A stretch of DNA of 64,000 nucleotides from Tetramitus jugosus. Taxonomy: Eukaryota; Protista; Heterolobosea. The notes below the pieces were generated by a model, which was not told where the DNA came from, made no database searches, and worked only from the letters and a program-made list of their open reading frames with translations. Position 1 is the first letter of the stretch; every line of letters starts with the position of its first letter. Of this stretch, positions 1 through 11,300 are shown one piece after another. The DNA is taken from NCBI GenBank assembly GCA_937625935.1, contig OW569390.1, positions 124,001 through 188,000 of the forward strand. The letters run 5' to 3'. A program made the translations under genes and the position numbers.

Positions 1-1695
1 TCCAAAACATAGGTCGGAAGGGATATAGCATGTATGGAAAATTGTGCTTGAAATCTAAATGACGTCTGCATAGAGGAAAAACAGTCACCGTGAAAGGTAA
101 GTATGTCAGAAATAGAATGATTGGAAACACCGCTGTCTAGTGGATATCAGTTTAATACATTTTAATGAATCACAATCATACTTTGCTTGTTTGTAACACA
201 CGATAATCGAAATTTTATTATTCCAAAGTTTCTTCTTAATAATTCGTTTCAATTGGCGGACTCTCATCTATAACGATCCATGTTTACTCAGATTCCTCTT
301 CTGTTGTTTCAAGGTTGAACAATGCTGTTCGGGCTGTTTCTTCATCAAAACTGGAACATTTCAATATTTTGATATCCTTGTTCAAAAATTTTCGGAGAAA
401 ATTTCGGGGTTATTTGAAAGAAAATAAAGGTTCTGCTGTTTCACAGAAAGTATACTTTTTTTGGATGAATCTTCCAATAGCTATTTTTTGACGATCGTTT
501 TGCACTGAGTAACAAATAGGACACATAAAAACCCAATGAGCTCCGCATTTGGATTTTAGGATCTTTTTGTATAGAAAAAGCATTTTTACCATCTGTCAAA
601 ACCTAATCCCTGGGCTTGAGCTGTTCTACTTATAGGGTCTTTAAAACGGTTTTTCTGTATCTTTTCCGGTTTTGGAATCAAGAAGAAGGACAGTAGAAAG
701 AGGGATGAGTGAGCAACACAATATTCGACATGTTAATATTGAAATTCGGCCAAAATATCTTTATCGTCACTGACTTCGGACACTTCATCCAGTTGGAAAG
801 AAAGAGCATGAAACATAAATGGTTCTTTCTGTCCCTATTAGAGTCATTATTGTTATGAATTTTTCTGTGATTCTGTATCTCCATAGTGCAATCATTTATC
901 TATCAAGTATATGAAGAATGATTCATTCAAAAGATCTATCTGTTGATTAACCTTACCCCGCTATGTATTTCGCTCGCTGTACATTCGGATTCATGATTTT
1001 GTGTTAATCTCTATGTATTAGGAGTGCGCCTTTACCTTTCGAACAAGTATGTTTGCAACATTGACTCGTATCCAAGGTTCTCTGGGATGTTGTTTGATTG
1101 GATATTATTCATGTGATAGTGTCGTGGGAGAATTTTTGGTTGATGTTGAAGTCCACTACCACCTTGATGTGATGAAATTATTCATTCTCATTTAGTTGTA
1201 TTACCGTGTATGATGGTTTTCTGTCTTTTCACACTTTCTTGCTAATTTGATCCAGTTATTGAATCTAGTCTCTTCGTAACAGTTATCGAACAGGGGTTCT
1301 TGCTGCTTCAGAGGAATAAAACCTGGACAAAATATACGTGCTATAAGTGTGTACACTGATTAAAAAATGTCCTCTCAACTTCATTTCTGGACAGAAATTA
1401 TTTTCATTCAAACACTTAATGCAAAATTGGAGTTTAGTATTCGCTAGGCCCGAACGAACAATGATATAATTGGCTCATCTCCCATTCGATTGTCTGCCTG
1501 ACCTCTCCTCCTTTGTCGATCTTGGTTCAGGAGATCTCTGCTTCTTACATGTTCCTCACTCCACAGTCAATTGACAACATCACAAGGTGCCATGTTCATC
1601 CGGATGACTCAAATCAAGTATTTCCTGCTCACTGAGCTTGCTGATCTGAAAAAAATATGGCAAGAATAAGTATGATAAGGTGATTGACGGATTGA

Positions 1696-2040
1696 ATGGA
1701 CATACGGTGGAATCAGGATAAACTGATGGAAAGATTAAGGTTGCGCATACAACGACAAAGAAAAGAAGAAGATAGAGTAATAGATAATGAAGAGATTCTG
1801 ATTGCTTATTCAGTTTATTATAGTTTGAAACAATTGTACTCTTATTGGGTTCGAAGGTTGAGATCTCCAATGAAGGATATCGTGGAGCGAATTAAGGTTG
1901 CAAAGTCGATCAGAGACTTGTTTGTGCTGTTTGAAGAAGCTGTGATAAACAATGATTTAAGTACGTTCAAGTATGAAGAAGAAAGGAAGAGAAGAATCGA
2001 TCATCAAGGGACTCTTCTATGGAGTGGAGGACCGTGTTAG
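1696..2040 (+). CDS. short hypothetical ORF, possibly a decayed gene fragment
   Basis: 114-aa helical, charged ORF with no recognisable family; the surrounding 1-2.1 kb has only short broken ORFs. Confidence 0.2.
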   Translation: MDIRWNQDKLMERLRLRIQRQRKEEDRVIDNEEILIAYSVYYSLKQLYSYWVRRLRSPMKDIVERIKVAKSIRDLFVLFEEAVINNDLSTFKYEEERKRRIDHQGTLLWSGGPC

Positions 2041-2193
2041 AAATCGATGATCCTGATGGTCTTACATTTGATCAATGGCTGAAAATTGTAAGAAGTGGGT
2101 TTTGAGGGGCCAATCATAATCCAGAGGCCATGACATAATACTCAAGCATCCACCTTAAGATCGATATTGTATTTTTTATTATTCATAATTGAT

Positions 2194-3951
2194 TTAGAAT
2201 TCACGCTTTCTAAACATCTCACGACGCTTAGCCTTTCCTCCAAGACCCATCTTTGTGTATGGCAATGGTTTAATACAGATCCATTCCTTGGTATCCTGTT
2301 CCATTGTTCTCAAAGTTCCATCAGTCTCCAAAATCAAGAATTTACGTTCTTCGCCACTGTTCACTCTCGACTTGCTCATCATTTCAACAATTCTGTGACG
2401 TTGACGCACAGTGTTCGTTCCCAGACCGGAAGAGCTCTCAATACGAGGGTACAACAAGGACTCTGAAGATTGAATATTCTTTTCGTTTGCGACTTCAGTT
2501 GGACGGATGGATCCACGAGGTGGTTGGAATGGTCTTCTGACCCATTCTGGCAAGTCATCATCGAGTCCACTGGCAGGTATTGGCTTTGATGTCTTCTCCA
2601 AGAATTGTTGATAGATGGCATCTTCGTCTACAATTTGACCACTGTATGCCTCTCTCAAGTATTGGAACTCGGATCTGGATTCGTTCTTTGTGAACCGTTG
2701 CTTCATTGTCTTGATCACATTCTCATCACGATGGAACAAGTAGTCAACCTTTTCTGGGCAGAATGGCTTTCCGGTCCGTTTGGCCTCATCAACCTCACGA
2801 ATCAAAATCTCACCCCAGGCTCTCTCTCGTGTAATACCAAAGGATGCACCCAAGCGATCACCAGTCCAATAATCTGGATTCTCCTTGTGCATCTCATACA
2901 ACTTGTCAGCGTTCTCATCTGTGAACGCAATAGATGCATTGTACGATTCAATGTATCTCTTGGTGTGATCAGCGTGGGCAGATACTTCGTTCAATCCTTG
3001 GAGCCACATTTTGTGTGCATAGGCCTCTGCCTTGTCATTCGATGGCTCATTTGACTGGGTAGTGGATGCCGAGTCATCTGCTGAAGAATCAGAAGTGTTG
3101 GACATGACAGATGTCAACTCGCTGATATCAGCACCCTTTCTCAACAAGTGCATACGCTCATGTGCAGCACCATTCACAGTGTCCTTGACGTGTTGAATCA
3201 ACTGCAAATAACTCTTCCATTTTTGCAATCGAGGTCCCTTGAGCTTGCTTGCAATATCATCTTCAAATTTGTGCATCGAATCCAATACTTTTGGATGAGC
3301 AAAAATCTCAATCTGTTTGTTCACTTCCATCTCCAACTGAGTAGTACCAATGTTGTTGCTCATAATGTCCATTGGATTGAGTTTCATGAGTTCAGGATGC
3401 ATCTCTCTCTCGACCCAGTCCCACATTTGCTTCTTTAGCTCCAATGGTAGTGCAAAGTGCACCTCAAATGGTGACAATGTCTTCTCATTGCACAACTCAA
3501 TAATATCAAAAATGGTCAATTTGGACCATTGTTCATCAGTCATCTCCAAACACAATTTTGCAAATGGATGATCCTTGAGTTTCACAACTTCAGTGTAATC
3601 AGGTGTAGGAACAGCTTCTCTGTTGAATAGCTCTAGCATGTGTTGATAGTTTGCTTCTTCATTCATGTCCAATACACGCTCTCTCTTTAGTTGGAGCTTG
3701 AGTGGATCAGGAATGATGGGATTTGCTGGTTCTTGGTTGTGATAACGTGGTGGTGATTTTTTGTGTGATGCTTGACCACCCTTACGCAAGAAATTGTGAC
3801 CCTTTGGTCTACCCCAGAGTCTCGTTCTGTTGCCTGTTCTGAATCTGAGTTGTTGATCGTGGATGGAGGTGGCTGATGCTGCTGTTGCTGATTTGTGAGT
3901 GTTGAATGCGGCCACTCGCTTGCACAGTGTGGACGATGTAGAAGACAGCAT
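2194..3951 (-). CDS. mitochondrial protein, probable mitoribosomal mS45/Bot1/GCD1 family
   Basis: 585 aa; Ser/Thr/Arg-rich presequence-like N-terminus; LYEMHKENPDYWTGDRLGASFGITRERAWGEILIRE resembles the mS45/GCD1 helix-turn-helix motif (recalled, not searched). Confidence 0.5.
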   Translation of the reverse strand: MLSSTSSTLCKRVAAFNTHKSATAASATSIHDQQLRFRTGNRTRLWGRPKGHNFLRKGGQASHKKSPPRYHNQEPANPIIPDPLKLQLKRERVLDMNEEANYQHMLELFNREAVPTPDYTEVVKLKDHPFAKLCLEMTDEQWSKLTIFDIIELCNEKTLSPFEVHFALPLELKKQMWDWVEREMHPELMKLNPMDIMSNNIGTTQLEMEVNKQIEIFAHPKVLDSMHKFEDDIASKLKGPRLQKWKSYLQLIQHVKDTVNGAAHERMHLLRKGADISELTSVMSNTSDSSADDSASTTQSNEPSNDKAEAYAHKMWLQGLNEVSAHADHTKRYIESYNASIAFTDENADKLYEMHKENPDYWTGDRLGASFGITRERAWGEILIREVDEAKRTGKPFCPEKVDYLFHRDENVIKTMKQRFTKNESRSEFQYLREAYSGQIVDEDAIYQQFLEKTSKPIPASGLDDDLPEWVRRPFQPPRGSIRPTEVANEKNIQSSESLLYPRIESSSGLGTNTVRQRHRIVEMMSKSRVNSGEERKFLILETDGTLRTMEQDTKEWICIKPLPYTKMGLGGKAKRREMFRKREF

Positions 3952-4250
3952 GATTTTTATGTTGTTGTTTGTTTTTTTGTGTGATTGATGACGCCAAAAA
4001 GAAATGCAAAGTTACAACAAAAATCAATAGGGAATGAAGAAGATGTTTTGCTCTCTTATTTGTGTGTTCAACTTTTGCCGCTTTTTGCAATGAGAAAAAA
4101 GCTTTCAATGTAGGGAAAATGCTCTGCCGTGTGAAACCGCCTCTGCTCAGTTTTGTTGGATGTTGTAAACGGAGAAAATAATTTTGGTTGGCTGAACTCT
4201 GCACAAATCGGATAAATAGTTGATTAGTCCGATTGTATTTCATTTTACAT

Positions 4251-5420
4251 TCATTGCTGTTGTTTCTTGTCATTGATGTGGGCATCATATCTGGACAAGA
4301 CGTGCTCCATCATTTTGTGGTACACATCAGGAACGCCAGAGTATCCAGGCAAGAAGTTGGCATCGACGCAATAAAACTTGCCAGTTCCTACTTCGTGAAT
4401 CAGATCAAAGCCAAACAACTGCAGTTGCAAGGCGTCTGACAATGTTTTCGTAATGTCATGGAACAATTTTGATCTTTCTTCGAGAAGACTTTCTCTAGGG
4501 TGAGCTCCCTCTTCAGGCTCAGCAGGCATCAACTCTTCTGGTAGCTTGTGCTGACTGTTGAATCGAATGATTCTAGCTTCAGTCAGATCTAGATTTCGAA
4601 TCGATTTCCTCTCTTGTACAAACACTTGCTCACCAATGACATAAGCCTTATACAACAATCCATCATGGTTAATAAATTGTTGAGCTACAATTGGCAATGG
4701 AATTTCCTTTGTCTCAGAATTCAAAATCTCATCCATCAACTGTTGTTCATTAAACACCATGGCCATGTTGTGTGTGTGAATCTCTCCGCACGCAGCAGCC
4801 GTCTTGCACACAATTGGAAACTGTACACCATCGTTCTTTAGCTTTTGTCTCAAGAGATCGATATTTCCTCTCAAGCTCTCATCCAAAATGGATATGGCAG
4901 GCACATGGACCACACACTCTGAGTTTTCATCCGACAATTTCGTATGCAAAAACGAATACATTTCCACTCGATCCAACAACCTTCTCACCGCATCCAACTC
5001 TTCAATCACAAGGAAATTACTGTCATCCTCACTCTTGTCGTTATTAGCTTTCGACTGTAGATCCAGTTCTTTTCTCTTTTCAATAAAAGTTTCAATCTTC
5101 AACAGTCTCATTCTTGCATTTTCATTCACATGTTCAATGTTCATATCATCTGTCACCTTTAAGAACAACACATTTGTTTTCATCATTTCACTTGACAAGT
5201 GATTCTCCAGTTCAGATAATAGTTCATCTCTTTCTGAGCCAGTTACTACACTCCCAGTAGTCGTACCAACAACATGATGCTGCTCCTGTTCAGACAAGTA
5301 GTCAATAAAGTAACAATGAATTCGATTGTTACTGTTTTGATTGACATAGTTCATGAATGGTTCAAAGAATTGCTTGCGTTTCTTTGGTTGACAGACTAGT
5401 CCTAGGTGAATCATGGTCAT
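4251..5420 (-). CDS. ITPK1: inositol-tetrakisphosphate 1-kinase (ATP-grasp)
   Basis: FPIVCKTAAACG..THNMAMVF, QQFINHDGLLYKAYVIG, LFGFDLI..YCVDANFLPGY motifs. Confidence 0.9.
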   Translation of the reverse strand: MTMIHLGLVCQPKKRKQFFEPFMNYVNQNSNNRIHCYFIDYLSEQEQHHVVGTTTGSVVTGSERDELLSELENHLSSEMMKTNVLFLKVTDDMNIEHVNENARMRLLKIETFIEKRKELDLQSKANNDKSEDDSNFLVIEELDAVRRLLDRVEMYSFLHTKLSDENSECVVHVPAISILDESLRGNIDLLRQKLKNDGVQFPIVCKTAAACGEIHTHNMAMVFNEQQLMDEILNSETKEIPLPIVAQQFINHDGLLYKAYVIGEQVFVQERKSIRNLDLTEARIIRFNSQHKLPEELMPAEPEEGAHPRESLLEERSKLFHDITKTLSDALQLQLFGFDLIHEVGTGKFYCVDANFLPGYSGVPDVYHKMMEHVLSRYDAHINDKKQQQ

Positions 5421-5532
5421 CTTGTTTTCTTGCTTTTTGTTTTTGCTTTTTCAGAAACTTTTGCTGATCAGAGAAAAGCTTTTTTGATTTTTTCATTGTT
5501 GAAAGCAAACACAACAACACACATCTCTCGTG

Positions 5533-6744
5533 ATGACTGACAATAACATGACACAGTCAACCACAACGACGACTCATACGACGACTAGTGAGATACAAAT
5601 TCCTCAATTTCCTCTCGCTGGTCAACCAGACATCATTCGTTCTGTTCAAAAAGACGAATACTATTCTCGTGTCCTGTTCGACTATATGAAAGAAGTAGGA
5701 ACATGGTTATTCGGAACGAGAAATGTCATGAAATATGAACAGGAGATTGAATTGTGTGCTCAGCTCATGTACTACTCTTGTACCATGTTTCAATTCAGAT
5801 CGCATCTGAACAAACAGCAAGATCAGCAGACTCTAGGTGAAGAGTATTGTGATTTGATTCAGTGTGTCAATCATCATCATCGTCATTCTCATCATCATGG
5901 CGGTGGTGATGGTGATGAGAAAAATTCTTCTTCCGTGTTAGCTCTGAGCGAAAATCAGAATTTACGGATGATTGCGGCGCCCGCGATGAATCGAATCGTG
6001 TTTATTTTGTTGCAGACATTGGTGCCGTACATTTGGAATAAGAAGAGTTGTCAATCGTGGTTGAACAAGTGTATTCACCAATGTTATGATCACTATCACT
6101 ATTACAATAATAATCAGACAAAGAAGAGTCAGGATAAGGCTCAAATGACATCTCCTTCATATCCAAAAGTAGACTTGGAGAAGATGGTACAATTCTTGTT
6201 AAAGTTTCATTTGGCTGTATTTTATATGAGTGGTAGTTTTTTGAATGTGTCCAAGAGATTGACCGGTATTCGGTACATGTTCACAGGTACGAGTGAGATG
6301 CAGAGACCGACTTATCGCATCTTGGGCGTATTGATCTTTACTCAACAGTTTGTATCTCTGTGCATGTATATTGCCAAGGTGAGAAGAGAGAGACGATTAA
6401 GGCAGTTGATTAATGATGGAGGCGGTAGTGATGAGGATGAAGAAGGTGCAAAGCGGCACAAAAAGTCAGCCATCGTCGAATATGAAGCAATTGATGATTC
6501 TAATGGTGCTTCACCATCGAGTGAAAGTGACTCATTAACAAATCGGTGTTCATTGTGTTTGGATCGCAGGAAACAAACAACAGCAACGTCATGTGGGCAC
6601 TTGTTCTGCTGGTTGTGCATTGCAGAGTGCTGTACAAATACTGTTTCCAGTTCTAATAACCCTATCGCCAAGTGTCCTATCTGCAGACAGGATATTAGCT
6701 TACAGACATTGACGAGAGTATATCATTTCGATTCTAACGAGTAG
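5533..6744 (+). CDS. PEX10: peroxisomal RING E3 ligase Pex10
   Basis: AGQPDIIRSVQKDEYY, TLGEEYCDL, KRLTGIRY and a C-terminal RING (CSLC..CGHLFCWLCI..CPICR). Confidence 0.93.
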   Translation: MTDNNMTQSTTTTTHTTTSEIQIPQFPLAGQPDIIRSVQKDEYYSRVLFDYMKEVGTWLFGTRNVMKYEQEIELCAQLMYYSCTMFQFRSHLNKQQDQQTLGEEYCDLIQCVNHHHRHSHHHGGGDGDEKNSSSVLALSENQNLRMIAAPAMNRIVFILLQTLVPYIWNKKSCQSWLNKCIHQCYDHYHYYNNNQTKKSQDKAQMTSPSYPKVDLEKMVQFLLKFHLAVFYMSGSFLNVSKRLTGIRYMFTGTSEMQRPTYRILGVLIFTQQFVSLCMYIAKVRRERRLRQLINDGGGSDEDEEGAKRHKKSAIVEYEAIDDSNGASPSSESDSLTNRCSLCLDRRKQTTATSCGHLFCWLCIAECCTNTVSSSNNPIAKCPICRQDISLQTLTRVYHFDSNE

Positions 6745-6775
6745 TTTTGAGGATAACCAATCTTGGTGGATATCA

Positions 6776-8293
6776 TTAGCGGTTTTGGATGCTAGTCAAG
6801 TTATCGAGCATGTTGTTCATTGTGTTTTTCACGAACGTTTGGTTCATACTCACAATTGATCTCATCAGATCCAAGTGACCAGTCAATAATTTACCGTATT
6901 GAGAGATGAACGTAGAGCAGAGAGCACCAAATTTTGTGGAGGTAGGGAATTGAGATGCAACAGATTCTAGTTTGAGAATGAAGTTGGCGATGAACACCGG
7001 GGCCTCTGTGCCCGTTCCCAAGATCTTATCCTTCAACTGTGTGAATATATTCTTGAGTAGAGTGCTCACAAAGTCATTCCAATTGGGAGCGATTGATTGA
7101 TCTGAAGCTAACATGTGCATAAACTTGGCAATCGATTGATGAGGGAGACAAGATCCAATGATTCTATTAATCACTTCGAACTGTGACGCTGACATGCACT
7201 GATGACACACTAGAGGAATGAGGAGAGAATCAACAACAGCGTCAGGATGAACTCCACACACATGCTGAACGCTTTGAAACAGTTGTCTCGATGCCTTCTT
7301 TTGTTGATTGCGTGCATTGAGAGACTGAAATTTGGGTAGCAAGCAACTCGAGATAAATAGACCTGCATATTTGTGGGACGTTTGATTGGTGAGATAAATC
7401 TTGCAGGCAACTAGGGTAGACGGATCTGATATCGATAAAAAATTGATCTGTTTCAGCATCGCAGTCAATTCCTCTTCCGAATTTTGTGTACGCATGAGTG
7501 TTACTTGCATATCGTTGGCCACTTGTATTGGGTATTGATTCGAAGCTGCTGCTGTCGCGTCTGCTAAAGTTGCATTCAATGTTTGCAATTTCTCAATTAA
7601 GTTTTCAGACAGAGTCACTTCTTTGGGAGGAACAACCAGAGCATCTGTTTGATCAGGTACATTCGTTTGCATTGATTTGCTGTCCAGTTTTTCTTCCTTT
7701 TCTAGCTTCATCTTCTTTGAGGCATTGACTGTTGTTGAGTCCAAGGTTGTTTCTTCATTGTCTGAACACTCACTTGACAGATCAATGACAATATCATTTG
7801 TCAAATCCATGACTTTTGGTTTCTTACAACAGTATACATAGCCTAGAGAACGAGAAGAGGCCATATCCACCAGCTCACTCGATAAAACACAGTAAGATTT
7901 CATTGAATAAGCATCCACCATTGCGCTTTGCCTCTGTTTGTGCAACAACATGCATATCAAATGTTCCACACTTGTTTCGATTCGATATTCTTGCTTGCAT
8001 TGCAACCATTGTTCCATTTCATTGGAATCGAGAGCACAGAGACGATACAATGCCATTAACATCGCCTTTTGAAGCAGTGGATGCTTCACTGTAAACAAAA
8101 AGGGCACCACAGCACAGCGATCACCATCAACCAACAAAATGCGATCAAACAATTGTTGTTTGAGCATGGACAGAGCATGGGGAGGATTGGGACTCAATTG
8201 AACCATGTCAACAAGTTCTTCAGTCATATCTGCAGTGTTCATTCTCCCATCTTGATCAACAGCAAGCTTTTGATACTTTGTGATCCAATCCAT
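6776..8293 (-). CDS. FANCE: Fanconi anemia group E protein homologue
   Basis: C-terminal helical domain (LLPKFQSL..ASRQLFQSV..HPDAVVDSLLIPL; TSTKFGALCSTFISQY..NQTFVKN) resembles the FANCE C-terminus; first ATG at 8293. Confidence 0.65.
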   Translation of the reverse strand: MDWITKYQKLAVDQDGRMNTADMTEELVDMVQLSPNPPHALSMLKQQLFDRILLVDGDRCAVVPFLFTVKHPLLQKAMLMALYRLCALDSNEMEQWLQCKQEYRIETSVEHLICMLLHKQRQSAMVDAYSMKSYCVLSSELVDMASSRSLGYVYCCKKPKVMDLTNDIVIDLSSECSDNEETTLDSTTVNASKKMKLEKEEKLDSKSMQTNVPDQTDALVVPPKEVTLSENLIEKLQTLNATLADATAAASNQYPIQVANDMQVTLMRTQNSEEELTAMLKQINFLSISDPSTLVACKIYLTNQTSHKYAGLFISSCLLPKFQSLNARNQQKKASRQLFQSVQHVCGVHPDAVVDSLLIPLVCHQCMSASQFEVINRIIGSCLPHQSIAKFMHMLASDQSIAPNWNDFVSTLLKNIFTQLKDKILGTGTEAPVFIANFILKLESVASQFPTSTKFGALCSTFISQYGKLLTGHLDLMRSIVSMNQTFVKNTMNNMLDNLTSIQNR

Positions 8294-8370
8294 GATCAAA
8301 AAGATGTTTTTCAGACTTATTCCAGCAAATCGTCGAACATCAAAAAAAAGATTGTGGAAACTTTTCATAG

Positions 8371-8385
8371 AAAAAGCGCGCCAAA
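8371..8385. promoter_or_regulatory. E2F-like site (GCGCGCCAAA) in the 92-bp divergent FANCE/FANCI spacer
   Basis: aaaaagcgcgccaaa directly before the FANCI ATG; reverse complement TTTGGCGC matches the E2F consensus TTTSSCGC. Confidence 0.35.
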
Positions 8386-11300
8386 ATGGACACAACCAAC
8401 GTTCAACCAGGTACGTTGCTCTGTGATGACAACAAGATCATTGACTACTTTCAGAACAATGTACTGGCAGAAGATGATCCATCGTACTCTTCACACAATA
8501 TGGCCTCTCTGTTTGATCAACTGGACACGAGAAATATTGAATACTTGTGTGATACTTGTTTGCGTAACAGGGCAAGAGCTTACAATCGTAGAATGATGAG
8601 AGTGATGACCACCAATACGACGAGAAATGATGAGAATGACCAGGAAAATGAAGAAGCAGAGTTCAAGAGCATAAAGGACAAGGACATTGTGAATAGCTTA
8701 TTGTGTGTTTTGCTTCAGTTTCAAGCAACAATGGAGAGATCGATGAAAACAGTGTTGGATTTGTTGGGATCAGGTGAGTTAACCGGAAAATGTGCTGTTC
8801 GGTGCTTGGGTCAGTTGCATGCTGCCATTTATAAACAACGGTTCGACGAGGAGAGAGAAGATGAAGAACAAGTGGAAGGCGAGAGCTCTAAGACGAGTCG
8901 ATCAAAGAGCAACACACTCCGTCACAACAGAGTAATGTATTCAAGACAATTGTTAATTGCGATATCTGATTCCATATTTTCCATAGTAGAAAAGTTGAGT
9001 TGCATCGATACAAAAGTGAATGTCAAGTATCGTCAGGATGATGATGCACGTGTCAATGGAGTCATTTCCGCTCTCGAATTACTGCCGACGATAATGAATA
9101 CTGCGCAATACTTGGAGCAAAAGTATTCAAATGTAAGGAGTACGAGCACAAATCATTCAGACGATGATTCAACTGATGATGAAGTTTTATTTGATCGCAT
9201 TATGCTACGAATATTGGCCATTAACAGATGGCACCCAAAGTTATTTGTTGTTTTACTGAATATATTCGTCGATATTGATATTAAGGACGAAAACTTGACG
9301 CAGCAACTTGTGAAAAAGATACATAAGGACGTTAGTGTTGTGTTTGAATCCGATTACGTACCATTGGCCAAAATATTATTGCAACTTGCTGACAAGTATC
9401 AACAAGCTGATTTTATATTCTTGATCCGGTCCTTGTTTCCCATGATGAAGTCAGATTCGAGACTGAATACATGTTTTATGGTGAGTATGGAGCTGAAGAA
9501 CTCCCTCTCGCTAGTGAAGTTGATGCTTTCATCGTTCAAGTCTTTCTACGCTTCAAGATCGAATGTACTGAGTCTATCATTTATTCAACACCTATGCGAT
9601 ATGATTCTCATGCTATTGGCATATGAGAATGAGATGTGTAAAGATGAGGTTTTGAGTGTCATAGCGAACGTAGTAGTCAAACTTTCAAAATCAGAGGAAC
9701 GGCTATCGAAGGAGAATGATGTTGATGATTCTTTGTTTAGCACCTCTCTAGTATCAGCTGCTTGTGCCTCTTCCAGTTCCAATTGCCCTTCCCTCTCAAC
9801 GGCAAAATATGTAGAGGTAAGTTTTAATTGCGATTGATATTACCAATATTCTCTGCTTTGTTTCTAACGAGTCATTATGTTTCAGAAACTATTCTACTTC
9901 GCAAGTCGGATGGAGTTATTAGGAGAGATCTTGCTAGTATTATGTTGTGATTGGTGCTACAAACAAAAGGTTTACTTGCGCATCCTAGGAGAGTCCATAC
10001 TCGTCCATGTAAGTATCTGTTTGTTTTTCACTTTGTTGTGTTTAGTGGTTCTAATCAAATTTTTCAGTTGTTCAGTCAGTGTCCATCTACTCAGGAGTCT
10101 ATCTTGAGTACTGCTTTCAATGTCATTGCTGAAGAGCCGAGACCACTTCAAAAATCTATTTACTTTAATGTCTTAAAGCGTGTTATAGCCTTTAATTCTG
10201 AGACATTAATTCATAACTATGTTCATAAGATTAAAGATTGGCTGAGCTATTTGCCTACTTTCTCTGATGTAGATATAAGTATGCAGCTATTGACGTGCTT
10301 TGCCACGTTGAGTTCTAGTACCCGATCTCATGATCTCCAAAACTTTCTCTATATCATGTTGAAGAAACTGATACCGAAGCGAAGTACAAATAGCAGACGC
10401 TTAGCAATCTATGGTTTCACGGTATTGCTCAACGAAACTTCAGATGCTCACTTTCAAAAGGACATTCTCTCTTCCCTTCGAGTTGCTTTCAGCTACAAGG
10501 AGGAAGTGTTGCAAACGAGCTTGTACAAGTATCTCTCTGATATGCTTGAAGTGTCAAACCTTCATCCATCGTGCATGCTTGTGCTGTACAAAATACTATC
10601 GATCAAGGTTAAGAAGTATTTGAAGAGAGAGAATGTAAATAACGAACAAGAGCGATGGGCAATAGATATTGAAGCATGTTTTGAAGACAATGGAACTGAA
10701 GGAAAACCGATTATATCTATGATTGAGCCTGTGACGGAGTTGTTCAAATGTTTCTTTAACATCCGTGTTAGGACAAAAAATAATGGAACATATAACGAAA
10801 TAGACATAATATTCAATGACCTGACGAAGCAATTGACAGATATTAGGCAGATGTGTTTGGCATCTGCAATTACAAAGAAGAAACCGTCGTCCAGTCTTGA
10901 ACAAAACAAGTCCCAAAAACAAAAGGAGAAGTCTCATCTAGCTCATATTCCCAAGCGAAAATACGTTGAAGGATACCTTATTAACTCAAATATGCGACTA
11001 TCAATCATTGTTCCATTGTATGAGATGATGATACAATTTGTTTATAATGACAGCTTTAAGGTCACTAATAGGGTTCAAAAATCCTTCCATCTTTTTGAAA
11101 TTTATTCTATTTTGGCCAAGATTCAATCCACTTTTCAGAGAGGAAGGATGAAGCCCTTGACTGACAATTTGTTCAGCTTTAATATCAGTATGGCCTTGAC
11201 AAAGGAGCTGTGCTCTGAACTTGTATCAATTATCCCCAACGTACGTGCACAATCTGAGGAAGTCACACCAGCAGCGAGAGTCGTAAACCACGCTTCTCTT

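Noticed and set aside
1-2160. Gene-poor first 2 kb with fragmentary ORFs
   Set aside because: No family, repeat or RNA structure could be supported; it is possibly decayed coding sequence.
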